64,000 nt of DNA from Raja brachyura (lineage: Eukaryota), in assembly GCA_963514005.1 (NCBI GenBank), contig OY740812.1, positions 5,580,001-5,644,000 on the forward strand, read 5' to 3'. A program made the position numbers and the translations under genes. This document shows, piece after piece, positions 22,166 to 34,800 of the stretch (positions are counted from its first letter, which is position 1; each line of letters starts with the position of its first letter). A model generated the notes under the pieces. The model worked only from the letters and a program-made list of their open reading frames with translations. It searched no databases and was not told the origin of the DNA.

Positions 22166-23818
22166 CTGCAAAAGAAAATCACAACGAAAGTAAAATTTTA
22201 TAGGGATATTTGAGGTGGTCATGTGATGCAATGCTGTGCCACAGGTGGTTCAACAGCTTCCTGATCTTCACTCACTAGAGGGAAAATAAAACAGCAGTAC
22301 AACTGGGCAGTTTCCCTTCACTTCTTGACCAGAGGAATAAAGCATCCCCCCTTTGGATAGCACACAATGTTAGAGATAGACAAAAGGAAATTAAATAAAG
22401 CGGGCTGAACAGAGGAGAGAAGAATCACGGGGCTGGGAGAGAAGCATTAAATGGACTTTACAGACCTCCATCCCCTAAAACTACACTTTAAAAGGTTTGA
22501 AATACAGCTGATTTCATTAGTCAAAGTTATAACCTTTCTTCCAGGTAAATGAGAATGGAGGGAAGCGGTTGAAGTGGGCAAGGAATTATACGCAGATGTG
22601 TTGGGTAAAACACGTTTTTATTACTGCCAAGAGCTTTGATCTTCCTACTGGTAATGAGAACTAAAATATTATGACATTCATACAACGACAAGGCTTGGTA
22701 ACACAAATTATACTCAGTTGGAGGATTTGCGCGCACAGTAAACTGCGATTACACATAACTAAAAAAAGATCAAGCATCAAGATGGGCCTCATAGACTAAG
22801 AAATTTAAGAGCTTGAAGATTTGAGCTGCAAAGTGGAAGCGGATTTGAAATGATTCAATTTGTGCTTCAAATAGATTACTGCAATGTTCAGTGGTTGGAG
22901 AATATGGCATTTATATATTTCTTTACGTTGAGGGTGAAGGAAATAAATACTTTCACCTACATGTTTCAAGGTAACAACCTGGATAGTTTATTGTTCTATA
23001 GCTCCACTATTTATTATATTTATGCAATTCGCAAAAAGTAGTGCAGCTATAAATGATTATGAAAAGTGAGCTTACATATTGTAATATCAACAATATCTAT
23101 TTGTTAAAAGGTTGAAGCAGAACCCTTTGGCTTGCTTATGTCTCAGATGACAGGAATGTAGAGAGAAGCCAAAGATCGGATCAGCCATGATCATAATGTA
23201 GGAAAGAACAGAGTTGAGGGATTGTGTGACCCACACTACTTCCCAAGCTCTTGTTCAGATCTGATCTGCTTCTATCAGAGTAGTTATGATCTGGAACTCT
23301 CAGCCTGCAGAAGCTGCTGAAATGGATAGTCGAGGCTTTCAAAGAGATATTTGTGTAAGTCCTCAAGGAAAAATATTTTGTGGGACTTTTGGGAAAGAAT
23401 GAGGAAATGGGACTGTCAATACTATACTAAAAAGCCACAGACAAGATGGGATGAATAGCCTCTTCAACTGCTATTAGGGTTTATGGTTGGATGTGAATAC
23501 CAAGAGCTGCACAACAATCCTCACAGCCCCTGCAGAGACAATAATTACTGTGCATTTCATTCAGTGGATTTTATTCAATTCTAAGCAAGGTTGACATTTA
23601 TTATCCACCATTAACCACTGCTGATCTGACTAACTTGTCAGTCAGTTGTGTTCCAGCAGTGGAGATGCTGCCTTATAGCGCCGTAAACCCGGGTTCAATC
23701 CAGACTACGGGTTTTGTAGTCAATACGGAGTTTGTACGTTCTCCCCGTGACCGCGTGGGTTTTCTCCGAGATCTTCGGTTCCCACCCACACTCCTAAGAT
23801 GTACAGGTTTGTACGTTA

Positions 23819-24033
23819 GTTACACAAAAAGCTGGAGAAACTCAGCGGGTGCAGCAGCATCTAAGGGGCGAAGGAGATAGGCGATGTTTCGGGTCGAGAC
23901 CCTTCTTCTGACTGAAGAAGGGTCTCGACCCGAAACGTCGCCTATCTCCTTCGCCCCTTAGATGCTGCTGCACCCGCTGAGTTTCTCCAGCTTTTTGTGT
24001 AACCCTCGATTATCCAGCATCTGCAGTTCCTTA
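23819..24033. mobile_element. Fold-back (inverted) Penelope-tail element with 16-bp TSD
   Basis: Arms 23819-23908 and 23914-24003 are 89/90 complementary. ACAGGTTTGTACGTTA is duplicated at 23803-23818 and 24034-24049. Confidence 0.9.
23912..23939 (+). ncRNA. Minimal type I hammerhead ribozyme core motif (Penelope-associated type)
   Basis: CUGAAGA-A-GGGU(CUCG)ACCC-GAAA-CG-UC contains the CUGANGA box, helix II hairpin, GAAA box and GUC triplet. Helix III is reduced to the palindrome ACGU. Helix I is disrupted in this copy, so activity is unproven. Confidence 0.65.
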
Positions 24034-25283
24034 ACAGGTTTGTACGTTAATTGGCTTGCTATAAGTGTAAATTGTCCATTGTGTGTGTAAGTGTGCAGGG
24101 ATTGCTGGTCGGTGCGGACTCGGTGGGCCGAAGGGTATGTTTCCATGCTGTATCTCTATACTAAACAATCTAGAGTAACAAAAAGGCCTATAATGTTTAA
24201 GCAGTGCAGATGTCCTTCTTGAAGTGAACAAGATGGATTTTTATGACAATCAAGTTTCGAAACCTACTGATTTCTATCTTTATATTCTAAATTTATTTAG
24301 CTATATAAGTTTAAATCCTTTGGCTGCAGTCATGGGGTTGGAATGCGTTTTGGATTACATCTAGGATTCTAGTGCAATTTAGTTTAGTTTATTGTCACGT
24401 GTACTGAGGTACAGTGAAAAGCTTTTTGTTGCCTGCTGACCAGTCAGCCAAAAGACAATACATGATTACAATCAACCCATTTACATTGTACAGATACATA
24501 AGGGAATAACATTTGGTGCAAGGTAAAGCCAGCAACAGTCCGAGGGACATCAGAGGTTCTAGATTACTACACCAGTAACTTAACCAAAGTGTGTATTTAT
24601 GGCACTGGATATTGGGTAACAGGTGAGAAAGGAGGCAGAGGGGTGACCAGATAGAACATAGGGGTGACCAGACAGAACAGTGGGGGATTGCCTGGAAGTG
24701 CAGTAGTGGTGGTGGCATTATTTTAGACAAGAACATGAATATGCAGAGAATGGTGGGATATGGATCATGCACAGGCAGGTGAAATTAGTATAGTTTAGCA
24801 ACATGTTAGGCAGAGACATTATGGGGTGAAGTGCTTGTTCTTTTGCTATACTTTTCTATGTTCTATAGAAAGCAAGTTTTACCTCTTATTTGAACCGGCC
24901 AACATGCCCTATTGAAATCAGTACAAATTGCCAGCTGAGAATAAGAAATGGCCTGGTCAACTTGCCCTATGTTGTTGTAGAACCAGCGGGTAGACTCGTG
25001 TGAGTACTAAGCTCATACACTAGTTGGGCAAAGAACCCAAGGGTCATTTTCACCCTTAGGAATCCCTCCCACCCCACACCTCCCCCTTCCCAGGCACCAA
25101 ATAATGGTTCCTACCAAGGCAAGGAAATGGAGGGGAAATAATTGAAGGAAAATAATTTCTAACAAAACAGGCTTCCTGGCTAAGAGGGCAAGACCTCGTC
25201 ACAGCTGAACAATCATTAAGGTGGGTCTATTTGACCAAACTTTGAGGCAAAATAGTGCGAATTATTTGGGTTTTTGAACTAAT

Positions 25284-25375
25284 CTTGAAGAAGGGTCTCG
25301 ACCCAAAACGTCACCCATTCCTTCGCTCCATAGATGCTGTCTCACCCGCTGAGTTTCTCCAGCATTTTTGTCTAT
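25284..25375 (+). mobile_element. Penelope-tail short element (core mutated)
   Basis: TTGAAGAAGGGTCTCGACCCAAAACGTCACCCATTCC... Confidence 0.8.
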
Positions 25376-25560
25376 ATTCAGCTTATCAATGTAACCTCTG
25401 CTCCATAAAATGAGGGTACAGCTTTGAATTAATATTCTTTGCACTTGTATTAGAAGTACTTTGCTCCTCTGAAATCCACAGAGATTTAGCAATGTTTAGC
25501 ATCATTTGGTTTTTTAATGTTTTTACAAACAGTTTTCACTTTCCCATCAGTTTCACTTAC

Positions 25561-25635
25561 AGAGCAAGTCTGAAGGTTCAGAGTGACCAGCTCAGGACAG
25601 TGAGCACCAATGTACTTCAAAGCTTCATCTTCAAG
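25561..25635 (-). CDS. FBXL20: FBXL20 exon 9, 75 bp (LRR)
   Basis: cag|CTT GAA...TGC TCT|gtaagt translates LEDEALKYIGAHCPELVTLNLQTCS. Confidence 0.96.
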
Positions 25636-26329
25636 CTGTGTGCAGAAAGTACAAGTTATTTCAAAACTCAGATTAATATGAGGAAATTAGTGTTAACCAT
25701 ACATTACAGTGGTAGAAATACCAATTCAGTCATTACTGGATCCAACCTTCAATGCTGTATATTCAAGATTCTGTTGAATCTTTAGTTTAGTTGTGTCTAA
25801 CAAGATTTTGTTAGATACAACTAAACATGGCATCAGAACACTGGTTCTTCTTCTACAGATGTGGCCGGGCCCAAATAGTCCAAACATTTTCTGCTACAAA
25901 TCTTTATTCCTCATAAAGAGAACCACAGTGCCCGTAATGGCCGCCTCGCCAGCAGTCTGTATTTTTGCTTTTTACTTAGTATGGTAACTCAAATTTCACT
26001 GTACCTTAATCGGTACCTGCGACAATTTAAATTGAATTTAATATTGAACTGTAATATCGGTGGTTTGGATAAAAAATGATTGGAATAATACCAAAATGGA
26101 ACACTCAGATGCGTCATGGTATCTGGCTTTTTTGACAGTCAAAGTGTCATACATCATGGAAACAGGCCCTTTGGGCCATCTCATGCATACAAACCAGGAT
26201 GCCCCAGCTAAGCTAGTCCTATTTTACTTGCATTTGGTCCATATCTTTCTAAACTTTTCCTATCCAAGTACCTGTCTAAGCGTCTTTCAAATGTTATTAT
26301 TTGTCCCTTAAGATCAATGATAACTTGCT

Positions 26330-27360
26330 TTAACGAGGCCAATATCACCACGACAGATGGGTCAAGAGGTGTCTGATGGGACAGGTGACTGGTCTTATGG
26401 AGGATGATGCACCCCTTCTGCCATTTACAGTGGCCTTCTGTGCAGTCTTGATGCACAAACCCCAGATTCTCTGTGCCATCCAGAAAGTTACTTCACTAGT
26501 GTAGAAATCAGTGGAATGTTGCATTTCTCTGCCAAACACCCCTACTGCCTCTCACCTCCATCGAGGAGGCTTTCAGAGTATCTTTGAATGTTTTCCTCTG
26601 TCCACCTGGTAATCTCTCCCCATGATGAACTTCATGGTAGAACTCTCTCGGGAGTCGCTTGTCAGTCCTGTAAACAACATGGCTTGCCCATGAGACAACT
26701 GAATTAGTTCATCTGGGGGCTCCCTGCCGTGGGTGTAGTTCTCTTTCTCACAATGACTTTGGTTAGTTAACTTTCATGAATTTGGAACATGTTGCAGTGA
26801 CTGCATTAGTGGCATCTTTCTAGTGATTTACAAGTGCCTGCTATTGGAGATCCAAGTCTTGGAAGCACACAGGAAGACAGAATCATTACTGCCTATCAAT
26901 TATAATGCACTGGTTTTGACTTTGAAATTCAAACGTAGAAACTCTGAAATTTAAACTTTGAACTTGAAACAGCTTTTTTCAGTTAAAGGCTGTGCTGGCA
27001 CATAGACTATATTGTGAGGTGGCTCCTAAGATGGAGAAGTTGTCCGAGCGTCCCATGAACTTTATAGTAGGAGGATGGTGCTGTACGGTAGCAGGTTGGT
27101 AGGGGACCTCCGTCTTACTGGTGTTGAGTGCAAGGCCCATCCTCCAATGCTAAATGCACGAGTCAATGATGATTTGAAGCTCTGCCCCCAAAGGCATAGC
27201 CCTTGTCTGCAACAGTACCACCTAAACAAAAGCGACTAAGTTTGACGTGTCCTTGGTTCTGGAGTGGAGGCAATGTGGTTCGAACAGATTTTCATTAGTC
27301 CTGTAATAGCTCCACCCAAGCAAGATTGTCAGTGGTGAGGTGCATCTGGCATGAAGCCGT
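26330..27360 (-). mobile_element. Old RTE-like LINE relic
   Basis: Reverse complement near 27105-27145 translates RMGLALNTSKTEV, resembling the RTE-type RT motif GLxxNxxKTEV. The rest is heavily decayed. Confidence 0.55.
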
Positions 27361-28121
27361 TTCAGCAGTGCATCAACACTAAAAACAAGTGTAAACGTGA
27401 CACGACTCTAAGGAGGTTCTTAGCTCGAGGGAGTTATACTTCACTACATTTGAGTGTTGAGGTGGCCGTGACCCTAGATTAAGGAGCTTATATCTTTCAG
27501 CTGTAATTCTGCAAAAAGTGAAACTTTATACCAATACTGGGAAAGTGGAAATTCAATTTAACATTAAATAAACGCCTGAGCGAATATTTTAAGTACAAGC
27601 ACCTAATTGAGGAAGTAGACTTCAGTAAATGACAATAGTGGTCAATGCATGAATTCACATTTTGCATAAATGACAATTTAAAATGAAGCAGAAGCCATTA
27701 GTCAGCCTATTCAGCCTCGGTAATCCTCCTAATATCACCACTGACAAACCGGCTCTAATGGACAGAGAGTGAGGATTGTGAAGGTAAAGATTATAAAATA
27801 GCATGCCATAAATTGTGGTCTTTTCAGCGTTTAATTAGCTGTGTCAAAAATTATATCCGCAACAATACCCACCACTTTCGATTTTTGCTTTTTAAAGCAT
27901 TTGCAGTTATATTAAAAACAAATACAACAGTTACTTGCAAAACTGGTTTGCTTCCATCATCTTGTTATAAATCACAACAAGCACAATATCAACAGGAACG
28001 ATGTGGATCCCAAAGGTGAAAGAACAATGATCAATTATAGTTAGTCTGAATTATTTTTTGCAGCAGGGTTGGCTGCCAGTCATATAGCACGCTCTATGTA
28101 CATGATAAATCACGTGCCGAC

Positions 28122-28248
28122 CTGTGTGCATCCTTTCAGAAACAGAGCCTTCAGTCCACCGCAGCCCCTCACCAGTGCTTGAATTCCATCCTTTGTTACC
28201 TGATCACACCAGGATATATTCAGCTGTTCTAGAAGCGGACATCCCTCA
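28122..28248 (-). CDS. FBXL20: FBXL20 exon 8, 127 bp (LRR)
   Basis: tag|T GAG GGA...ACA CAG|gtcggc translates EGCPLLEQLNISWCDQVTKDGIQALVRGCGGLKALFLKGCTQ. The donor is GT but weak at +3 to +6. Confidence 0.95.
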
Positions 28249-28363
28249 CTAGAAATAAACAATATAACAATGGTGAAAAAAAGTGTGCTTCTAACCTAAA
28301 CCATATAAGCAAAACATCCTGCAATCAATATTCACCAGCGGAGTGGGTTGCCTATTGATGTGT

Positions 28364-28548
28364 AGAAAGGAACTGCAGATGCTGGTTTACATCGAAGATA
28401 GACACAGAATACTGGAGTTACTCAACAGCACAGGCAGCATCTCCTCAGTCTGAAGAAGGGTCTTGGCCCAAAATGTCACCCATTCCTTCTCTCCAGGGAT
28501 GCTGCCTGTCCCGCCGGGTTACTTCACCATTTTGTGTCTATCTTCGGG
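28364..28548. mobile_element. Fold-back Penelope-tail element, diverged
   Basis: A minus arm (28364-28443) faces a plus arm starting AGTCTGAAGAAGGGTCTTGGCCCAAAATGTC. Confidence 0.75.
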
Positions 28549-28882
28549 TTGACTATTGAGTTGTAATACTTACTCTAATCAGAGTTTCAACTGAGTGAGG
28601 CTCTTGGGACATGGAGCAAGTATTTGCAGCATGTAGCAAGGCCATGCCATAAAGAGAGACCAATAGCCTCATAAGCCATGAGAGCCAAGTTCAATCCAAA
28701 TCCTTAGTATATCATCATATCAAATTATAGACCAAATGCAGGTTATATTGATTATTTTCCTCACCAATATAAACAAGGCACGATTTGACAAGAAATGTCA
28801 CCCTATCTTGTGAGTAATGGATGTTAATAATAGATTCCCTGAACCAGAAATTACAGAGAACTTCTGTAATCTAGTTCAACTT

Positions 28883-29185
28883 GTTTAGTTTGGATACAGC
28901 ATGGAAACAGATCTCACCGACCAGGCCATCAATCACCCATTGACACTAGCCATATATTATCCCACCTTCTCATCAACTCCCTACACTCTAGGAGCAATTT
29001 TACAGAGGCCAATTAATCTACAAGACTGCACGTCTTTGGGATGTTGGAGATAACTAGGGCACCCAGAAGAAACACACATAGCCACAGGAAGAATGTGCAA
29101 ACTCCGCCCAAATAGTACCCAAGATGAGGATCAAAGCTGGGTATCTGGTGCTTAGAGGCAGCAGCTCAAGCAACTGCACCATTGT
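28883..29185 (-). mobile_element. V-SINE (HE1-like), diverged
   Basis: Reverse complement of the SINE tail, V-domain and head. Confidence 0.75.
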
Positions 29186-30574
29186 AACCCCCACATGTTC
29201 TCAATACCTGTGTTCAACCAACTTTATCAGATTCGGGAATTGCTCCGTATGAAATTAATTAAACATGCTATCGATCTGTCCTTGCTATTCTTCTTTACAG
29301 ATGCCTCTGCCCTATCACATAAAGGGTTTGTGGATCCACTACTAGGTCTAACCTCATGCAGGCACCGGTGGCAATTTTCTAAAATAAGGGAATTCAGCAA
29401 GTATGTGTTCCACCACTGGAATCCAGTATCGAGGCACGCCTAGGTGATCATGGGAGAGTTTGAGAATTCCATATCTGGACCAGAGATCCAAACTTTACCG
29501 AATTCCAACCCAATGTAATGATCAACTTAACCAAGGAATAGCACTGGAGATCAGCAGGAAGCTATAAACCAAAGTCAGACAGAGCAAGTTTAATTTCCCA
29601 CGTGGCCCAGTCACACACATATATAATTCTGCTGGTTGCAATGCTCCACAGTCAAATGGCCCTTTACAGCTGTGCTGGCAAAAATCCCATGTTATTTCTT
29701 TGCAAAATAGAAATCTATTGCAATCTATTTGCTAATCTATTGTAAATGACTCCCAGGTGACACAAACTATCAAAAGGAAGGAATAACACTCTCTCGAGAG
29801 CACTGCAGTAACCAGGAATTGGAACTGAAATTATGGGAAGAATGAAAAAATTCAGTTTCAAAGAAATATTAAAATCAATGCACATGATTAAAGTGTCAGC
29901 ACGGTATTTAATCTAACCATAGGGATCATTTAATATGGATACTTTCAAGGTTGTTTGCACAGTTGGAGGATTTTGCAGCCTCCTGCTGTGGGCATTGGTG
30001 ATAGCACAAGCACTTATTGCCCATCCCTCATGCAAATGTTGCTTTTATTTTTGCTGCTATTTTTCAGAATGGCTTTAATGGCCTCTTCACACAGAAGTTA
30101 CGGGGGACCCGATAGAAGTTGAAAAAAAATATGGGAAGCATAGATAAAATAAATATTAGAATAGTTGCCCCAGGATGGAAATCTCAATATCGCAAAAGTT
30201 TAGAGATATACAATGCAGGTTGCTTTTTTTTAAAAAAAACACCGAGTGGCAAGAGTCAGGAACACACTGCTGGGAAAGTGGTGGAAGCAGAAAATTTAAG
30301 AAGCATTTAGACAGACACACAAAGACAGAAAATGGAGGAATATTGACCATGTGCAGGCAGACGTGCAGTATAAATTGGCACCAAGATCAGCACAGACTCG
30401 TGGCACCAATAGTCAACACTATTCTGTTCCTTGCCTACTTTATCGCTGATCTTGCCTTTCACTCTTGCCACTGCTCCCCCATTTCCACATCTCTGAACTT
30501 GCTTTAAACCTTTCTACATCTATTTTCTCTGCTGATGCAGAGGACTTCCAATACTTTCCTTTTGTAATTAAAAA

Positions 30575-31122
30575 ATACTCTGGAGTATTGCGTACAGTTT
30601 TGGTCTCCTAATTTGAGGAAGGACATCCTTGTGATTGAGGGAGGTTCACGAGACTGATCCCTGGGATGGAGGGACTATCATATGAGGAAAGATTGAAAAG
30701 ATAGGCTTGTATTCACTTGAGTTTAGAAGGATGAGGGGGAAACATATAAAATTATAAAAGGACTGGACAAGCTAGATGCAGGAAGAATGTTCCCAATGTT
30801 GGGCGAGTCGAGAACCAGGGGCCACAGTCTTAGAATAAAGGGGAGGCCATTTAAGACTGAGGTGAGAAAAAACTTTTTCACCCAGAGAGTTGTGAATTTG
30901 TGGAACTCCCTGCCACAGAGGGTAGTGGAGGCCAAATCACTGAATGGATTTAAGAGAGTTAGATTGAGCTCTATGGGCTAGTGGAAGCAAGGGATATGGG
31001 GAGAAGGCAGGCACGGGTTATTGATTGGGGATGATCAGCCATGATCACAATGAATGGCGATGCTGGCTCGAAGGGCCGAATGGCCTCCTCCTGCACCTAT
31101 TTTCTAAGTTTCTATGTTTCTA
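30575..31122 (+). mobile_element. CR1/HER1-like LINE 3' fragment
   Basis: ORF 30787 gives FPMLGESRTRGHSLRIKGRPFKTEVRKNFFTQRVVNLWNSLP, the CR1 ORF2 C-terminus. The tail is (TTTCTATG)n. Confidence 0.92.
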
Positions 31123-31534
31123 AAAATAAAGAAGCCTATTTGTTTGGATTAAAAGGGGGAAATTTAGCCATGTGCTTGAGTATTTTAAGAATATTCACTC
31201 CCAACACAAAATAAAGTGCATGAGATTTTTAATGCTTTGTTTCGTTCCATGTTGGCGATTTTATGAGTTGTGGGAACACAATCTCTCTATTAAATTGCTA
31301 CTCTTCAGAATAGTTTAGCCATTTCACACCAATAGTTCCATTACGTAAATGCCATCAGATTAGTCAACTGATAATTATTCATTAAATCAGTGGAATGTCT
31401 AACATTACGTTAATTTACTGAATGGGAATGCTAAATGCAAGAACAGATGTGGGATTAAAGGCACATATAACTTGCAAAAACCTTTAAGAAACAGAGTAAA
31501 CGTGGCAACAAGAAGGTCAATCATTAAAACTCAC

Positions 31535-31630
31535 CTCACAGCCTTCAAAGAAAAGTTTGTGATCGACGTGCATGACGCTAGATCCAAACTTCTTAGCTTC
31601 GAGCAAAATTTACTTAGACTGGTACAGGTT
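31535..31630 (-). CDS. FBXL20: FBXL20 exon 7, 96 bp (LRR)
   Basis: tag|A ACC TGT...GTG AG|gtgagt translates TCTSLSKFCSKLRSLDLASCTSITNFSLKAV(S). Confidence 0.96.
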
Positions 31631-31769
31631 CTACAAAGCAAGAAAGCAAAAGATGATCAAGAATCCATTTTAAGTGCACAATACCAATTTTCCAACAAGA
31701 CTTTCAAAGGGATCTCATTCTTCTCTCTTTATGCCATTGTTGTTGGGAGAACAAAGGAGGAGCCCGACT

Positions 31770-32145
31770 CCAGGTGAGGCGGAGGTTCACTTGCTCCTCC
31801 TCCAAATTCATCTACTGTATCCGCTATTCCAGGTATCAACTTCTGTACATCGGCAAGACCAAGCGCAGGCTCGGTGATCGTTTCGCTGAAAACCTCCGCT
31901 CATTCTGCCTTAACCTACCTCATCTCCCGGTTGCTCAGCACTTTAACTCCCATTCCCAATCTGACCTTTCTGTCCTGGGCCTCCTCCATTGTCAGAGTGA
32001 TGCCCAGCGCAAATTGGAGAAAGAACACCTTGGGTAGCTTGCATCCCAGCGGTATGAACATCGACTTCTCTAACTTCAAATAGCCCTTGCTTTCCCTCTC
32101 TCTTCCAGTTCTCCCACCAGTCTTACTGTCTCCGACTACATTCTA
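31770..32145 (+). mobile_element. Penelope-like element GIY-YIG endonuclease fragment
   Basis: ORF 31774 gives RFTCSSSKFIYCIRYSRYQLLYIGKTKRRLGDRFAENLRS...PVAQHFNSH (IY..YIG motif). After a frameshift it continues LGSLHPSGMNIDFSNFK*. Confidence 0.88.
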
Positions 32146-32410
32146 AACGTAGTAAGAAAGAAGTTGCCTTTTCATTTGTTACTTTCAGTAGATGTTGGAC
32201 CAGGAAATCAAACACAAAATGCTACCGTCTTTGAAAATTACCCGCACATTATGGCATCAGTGGAATAGCTTATTATTGATTCATCCATCACTTCCTTACT
32301 TTCTACTCTTTCAAACTTTCATTGCAGCTTAATTTCATGACCTTTACCATTCATAGGCTCACAGAAAGCAAAGACTGCAAATTATTTTCAAATTATTAAA
32401 TTTTACTTAC

Positions 32411-32479
32411 GCATCTGTGATTTTTGTGCATCCATTCAGATTTAACTGTTCGATATTCCTGCAATTCTGAGCAAAGGTC
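32411..32479 (-). CDS. FBXL20: FBXL20 exon 6, 69 bp (LRR)
   Basis: cag|G ACC TTT...GAT GC|gtaagt translates TFAQNCRNIEQLNLNGCTKITD(A). Confidence 0.96.
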
Positions 32480-32687
32480 CTGGAACAATAGAGTGTTGAT
32501 GCAACTTACACTTTTGAATTGCAATGCAAAATTAGAAAGAGAACTTTCTACTAAACCAATCATCCCAAGAATCATGATGGATAATACATCTTTGGTGTAT
32601 TAGCAATTATACCGTTCTTACAGAAACTAGGCCTGGACAATATTTCAAGTATTGTCTCGGCAGAGCCCTATCCAATTGGAGCACAAT

Positions 32688-33325
32688 ATAGAAACATAGA
32701 AACACAGAAATTAGGTGCAGGAGTAGGCCATTCGGCCCTTCGAGCCTGCACCGCCATTCAATATGATCATGGCTGATCGTCCAACTCAGTATCCCGTACC
32801 TGCCTTCTGTCCATACCCTCTGATCCCCTTAGCCACATCTAACTCCCTTTTAAATATAGCCAATGAACTGGCCTCAACTACCCTCTGTTGCAGAGAGTTC
32901 TAGAGACTCACCACTCTCTGTGTGAAAAAAAGTCTTTCTCATTTCAGTCTTAAAGGATTTTCCCCTTATCCTTAAGCTGTGACCCCTTGTTCTGGACTTC
33001 CCCAACATCGGGAACAATCTTCCTGCATCTAGCCTGTCCAACCCCTTAAGAATTTTCTAAGTCTCTATGAGATCCCCCCTCAATCTTCTAAATTCCAGAG
33101 AGTATAAACCAAGTCTATCCAGTCTTTCTTCATAAGACAGTCCTGACATCCCAGGAATCAGTCTGGTGAACCTTCTCTGCACTCCCTCTATGGCAATAAT
33201 GTCCTTCCTCAGATTTGGAGACCAAAACTGTACGCAATACTCTAGGTGTGGTCTCACCAAGACCCTGTACAACTGAAGTAGAACCTCCCTGCTCCTATAC
33301 TCAAATCCTTTTGCTATGAAAGCAA
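32688..33325 (-). mobile_element. CR1/HER1-like LINE 3' fragment
   Basis: ORF 33057 gives [18 protein letters not shown]...[25 protein letters not shown], with a (CATAGAAA)n tail on the plus strand. Confidence 0.93.
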
Positions 33326-34199
33326 AATGATATCCCTAATATGATATCCCTAATCTTCTCTTCAAATTATTTTCCAATAAAGACCATCATACAAATGTCC
33401 TCTCTAGGTGATTGCTCTTTCTGCAGGTTAACTTTCAGGTGATTTTGAAGGATCATGCAACATAATGGACCAACAACACCCTCTCCACCATCTAACCTGC
33501 CTTACCAACCTACCTACAACACCACGATGACACTGCAGCATACAGTATTCATAGCCGTCCCATAATTTATTTTCCCACGCCCAGTATAAATGAGCCACCA
33601 GACTTCAATTACCAGTTCCGCTGGTTAACCAATTACCAAGACGACTTAAGGCTAGTTCACAAACTGCATTACATCACTGTGATGTAAAATTGTACGGTTA
33701 AGATAATTGAAATGTAAAACTAATAAATGTATCTCCTCATGACTATAACCAGCCATCATTGATTGGCGAAATATCACATGGACATTTGGTCTGGCAGACT
33801 GTTACACAGAGCAGCAATAATGAAGCTGACAAGGTCCTTCATTAGGAGGCAACATGCATGCGCAATAAACATGGTTAAGCTACAGAAATCTTTCATACAG
33901 ATGAAAGGAGGCAAATAAGCATGGCCAGAGTACAATTGTTTCATCAGTCAAGGGTTAAGAGCTATATATGATCAAGCGGAATGAGTATTGTGGACTGAAA
34001 ATGATAATTAGCCATGGCTAGCTGGCTTTTATTTCCCCAAATTTATCACGAATAGCCATTAACATAGGTATGTTCAAAGTCAACCGTCTTTGTTCTCTTT
34101 TTGTTACCAAGACACAGCACGGAACGCCACAGGAGATCCTTTTTCCCTGTGGCTATCAAACTGTACAATTCCTCCTCCTTCTGCTGTGGGGTAGACGAC

Positions 34200-34480
34200 A
34201 GTAGATGAGGTTGGAGGAGGTGCAAGTGAACTTCTGCCTAAACTGAAAGGATTGTTGGGGTCCCTGGACAAAGTTGAGGGAGGAGGTATAGCGACAGGTG
34301 TTGCATCTTCTGTGGTTGCAGGGGAAGGACCTGGGGAGGGGGTGGGAAGAGAGGAGTTAACCAGGGAGTTGCGGTGGGAACGGTCTCTGCGGAAGTCAGA
34401 AAGGGGTGGAGTTGGGAAAATGTGGCGAGTGGTGGGATCCGGTTGAGGGAGGTGGTGGAAATTTCACAGGATTATGTGTT
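34200..34480 (-). mobile_element. Penelope-like element fragment (linker upstream of GIY-YIG)
   Basis: Reverse complement translates VQGPQQSFQFRQKFTCTSSNLIY, homologous to the start of the 31774 fragment. Confidence 0.75.
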
Positions 34481-34519
34481 GTGTTGCCATAATGTAATAT
34501 CCACCGATATTCACACAGT

Positions 34520-34800
34520 GTTTAGTTTAGATTGTGGAAACAGGCCCTTCAGCCCACCAAGTAAGCACTAACTAGCGATCACCTGTGCAGACTATTTCTA
34601 TCCGACACACTAGGGACAATTTACAGAAGCCAGTTAACCTACAAACCCGCATGTCTCCGGAATGTGGGAGGAAACCAGAGCAGCTGGACAATACCCACAC
34701 GGCCACAAGGAGAATGGCCAAACTCCATACAGAAGGCAACCGTGGTCAGGATCAAACCCGGGACTCTGGAGCTGCAAGGCCGGAACTCTACGCTACGCTA
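34520..34800 (-). mobile_element. V-SINE (HE1-like)
   Basis: Reverse-complement tail TTTAGTTTAG and V-domain TGTGGGAGGAAACC. Confidence 0.8.

Larger units (their letters stand above)
23650..24165 (+). mobile_element. V-SINE (HE1-like) interrupted by a fold-back insertion
   Basis: The SINE head and V-domain occupy 23650-23818. The SINE resumes at 24034 and continues to its tail. Confidence 0.85.

Noticed and set aside
24640-24680. Short local tandem duplications (also ~21222-21255, 33327-33354, 34866-34901, 43037-43083)
   Set aside because: These are ordinary slippage-type duplications with no further structure.
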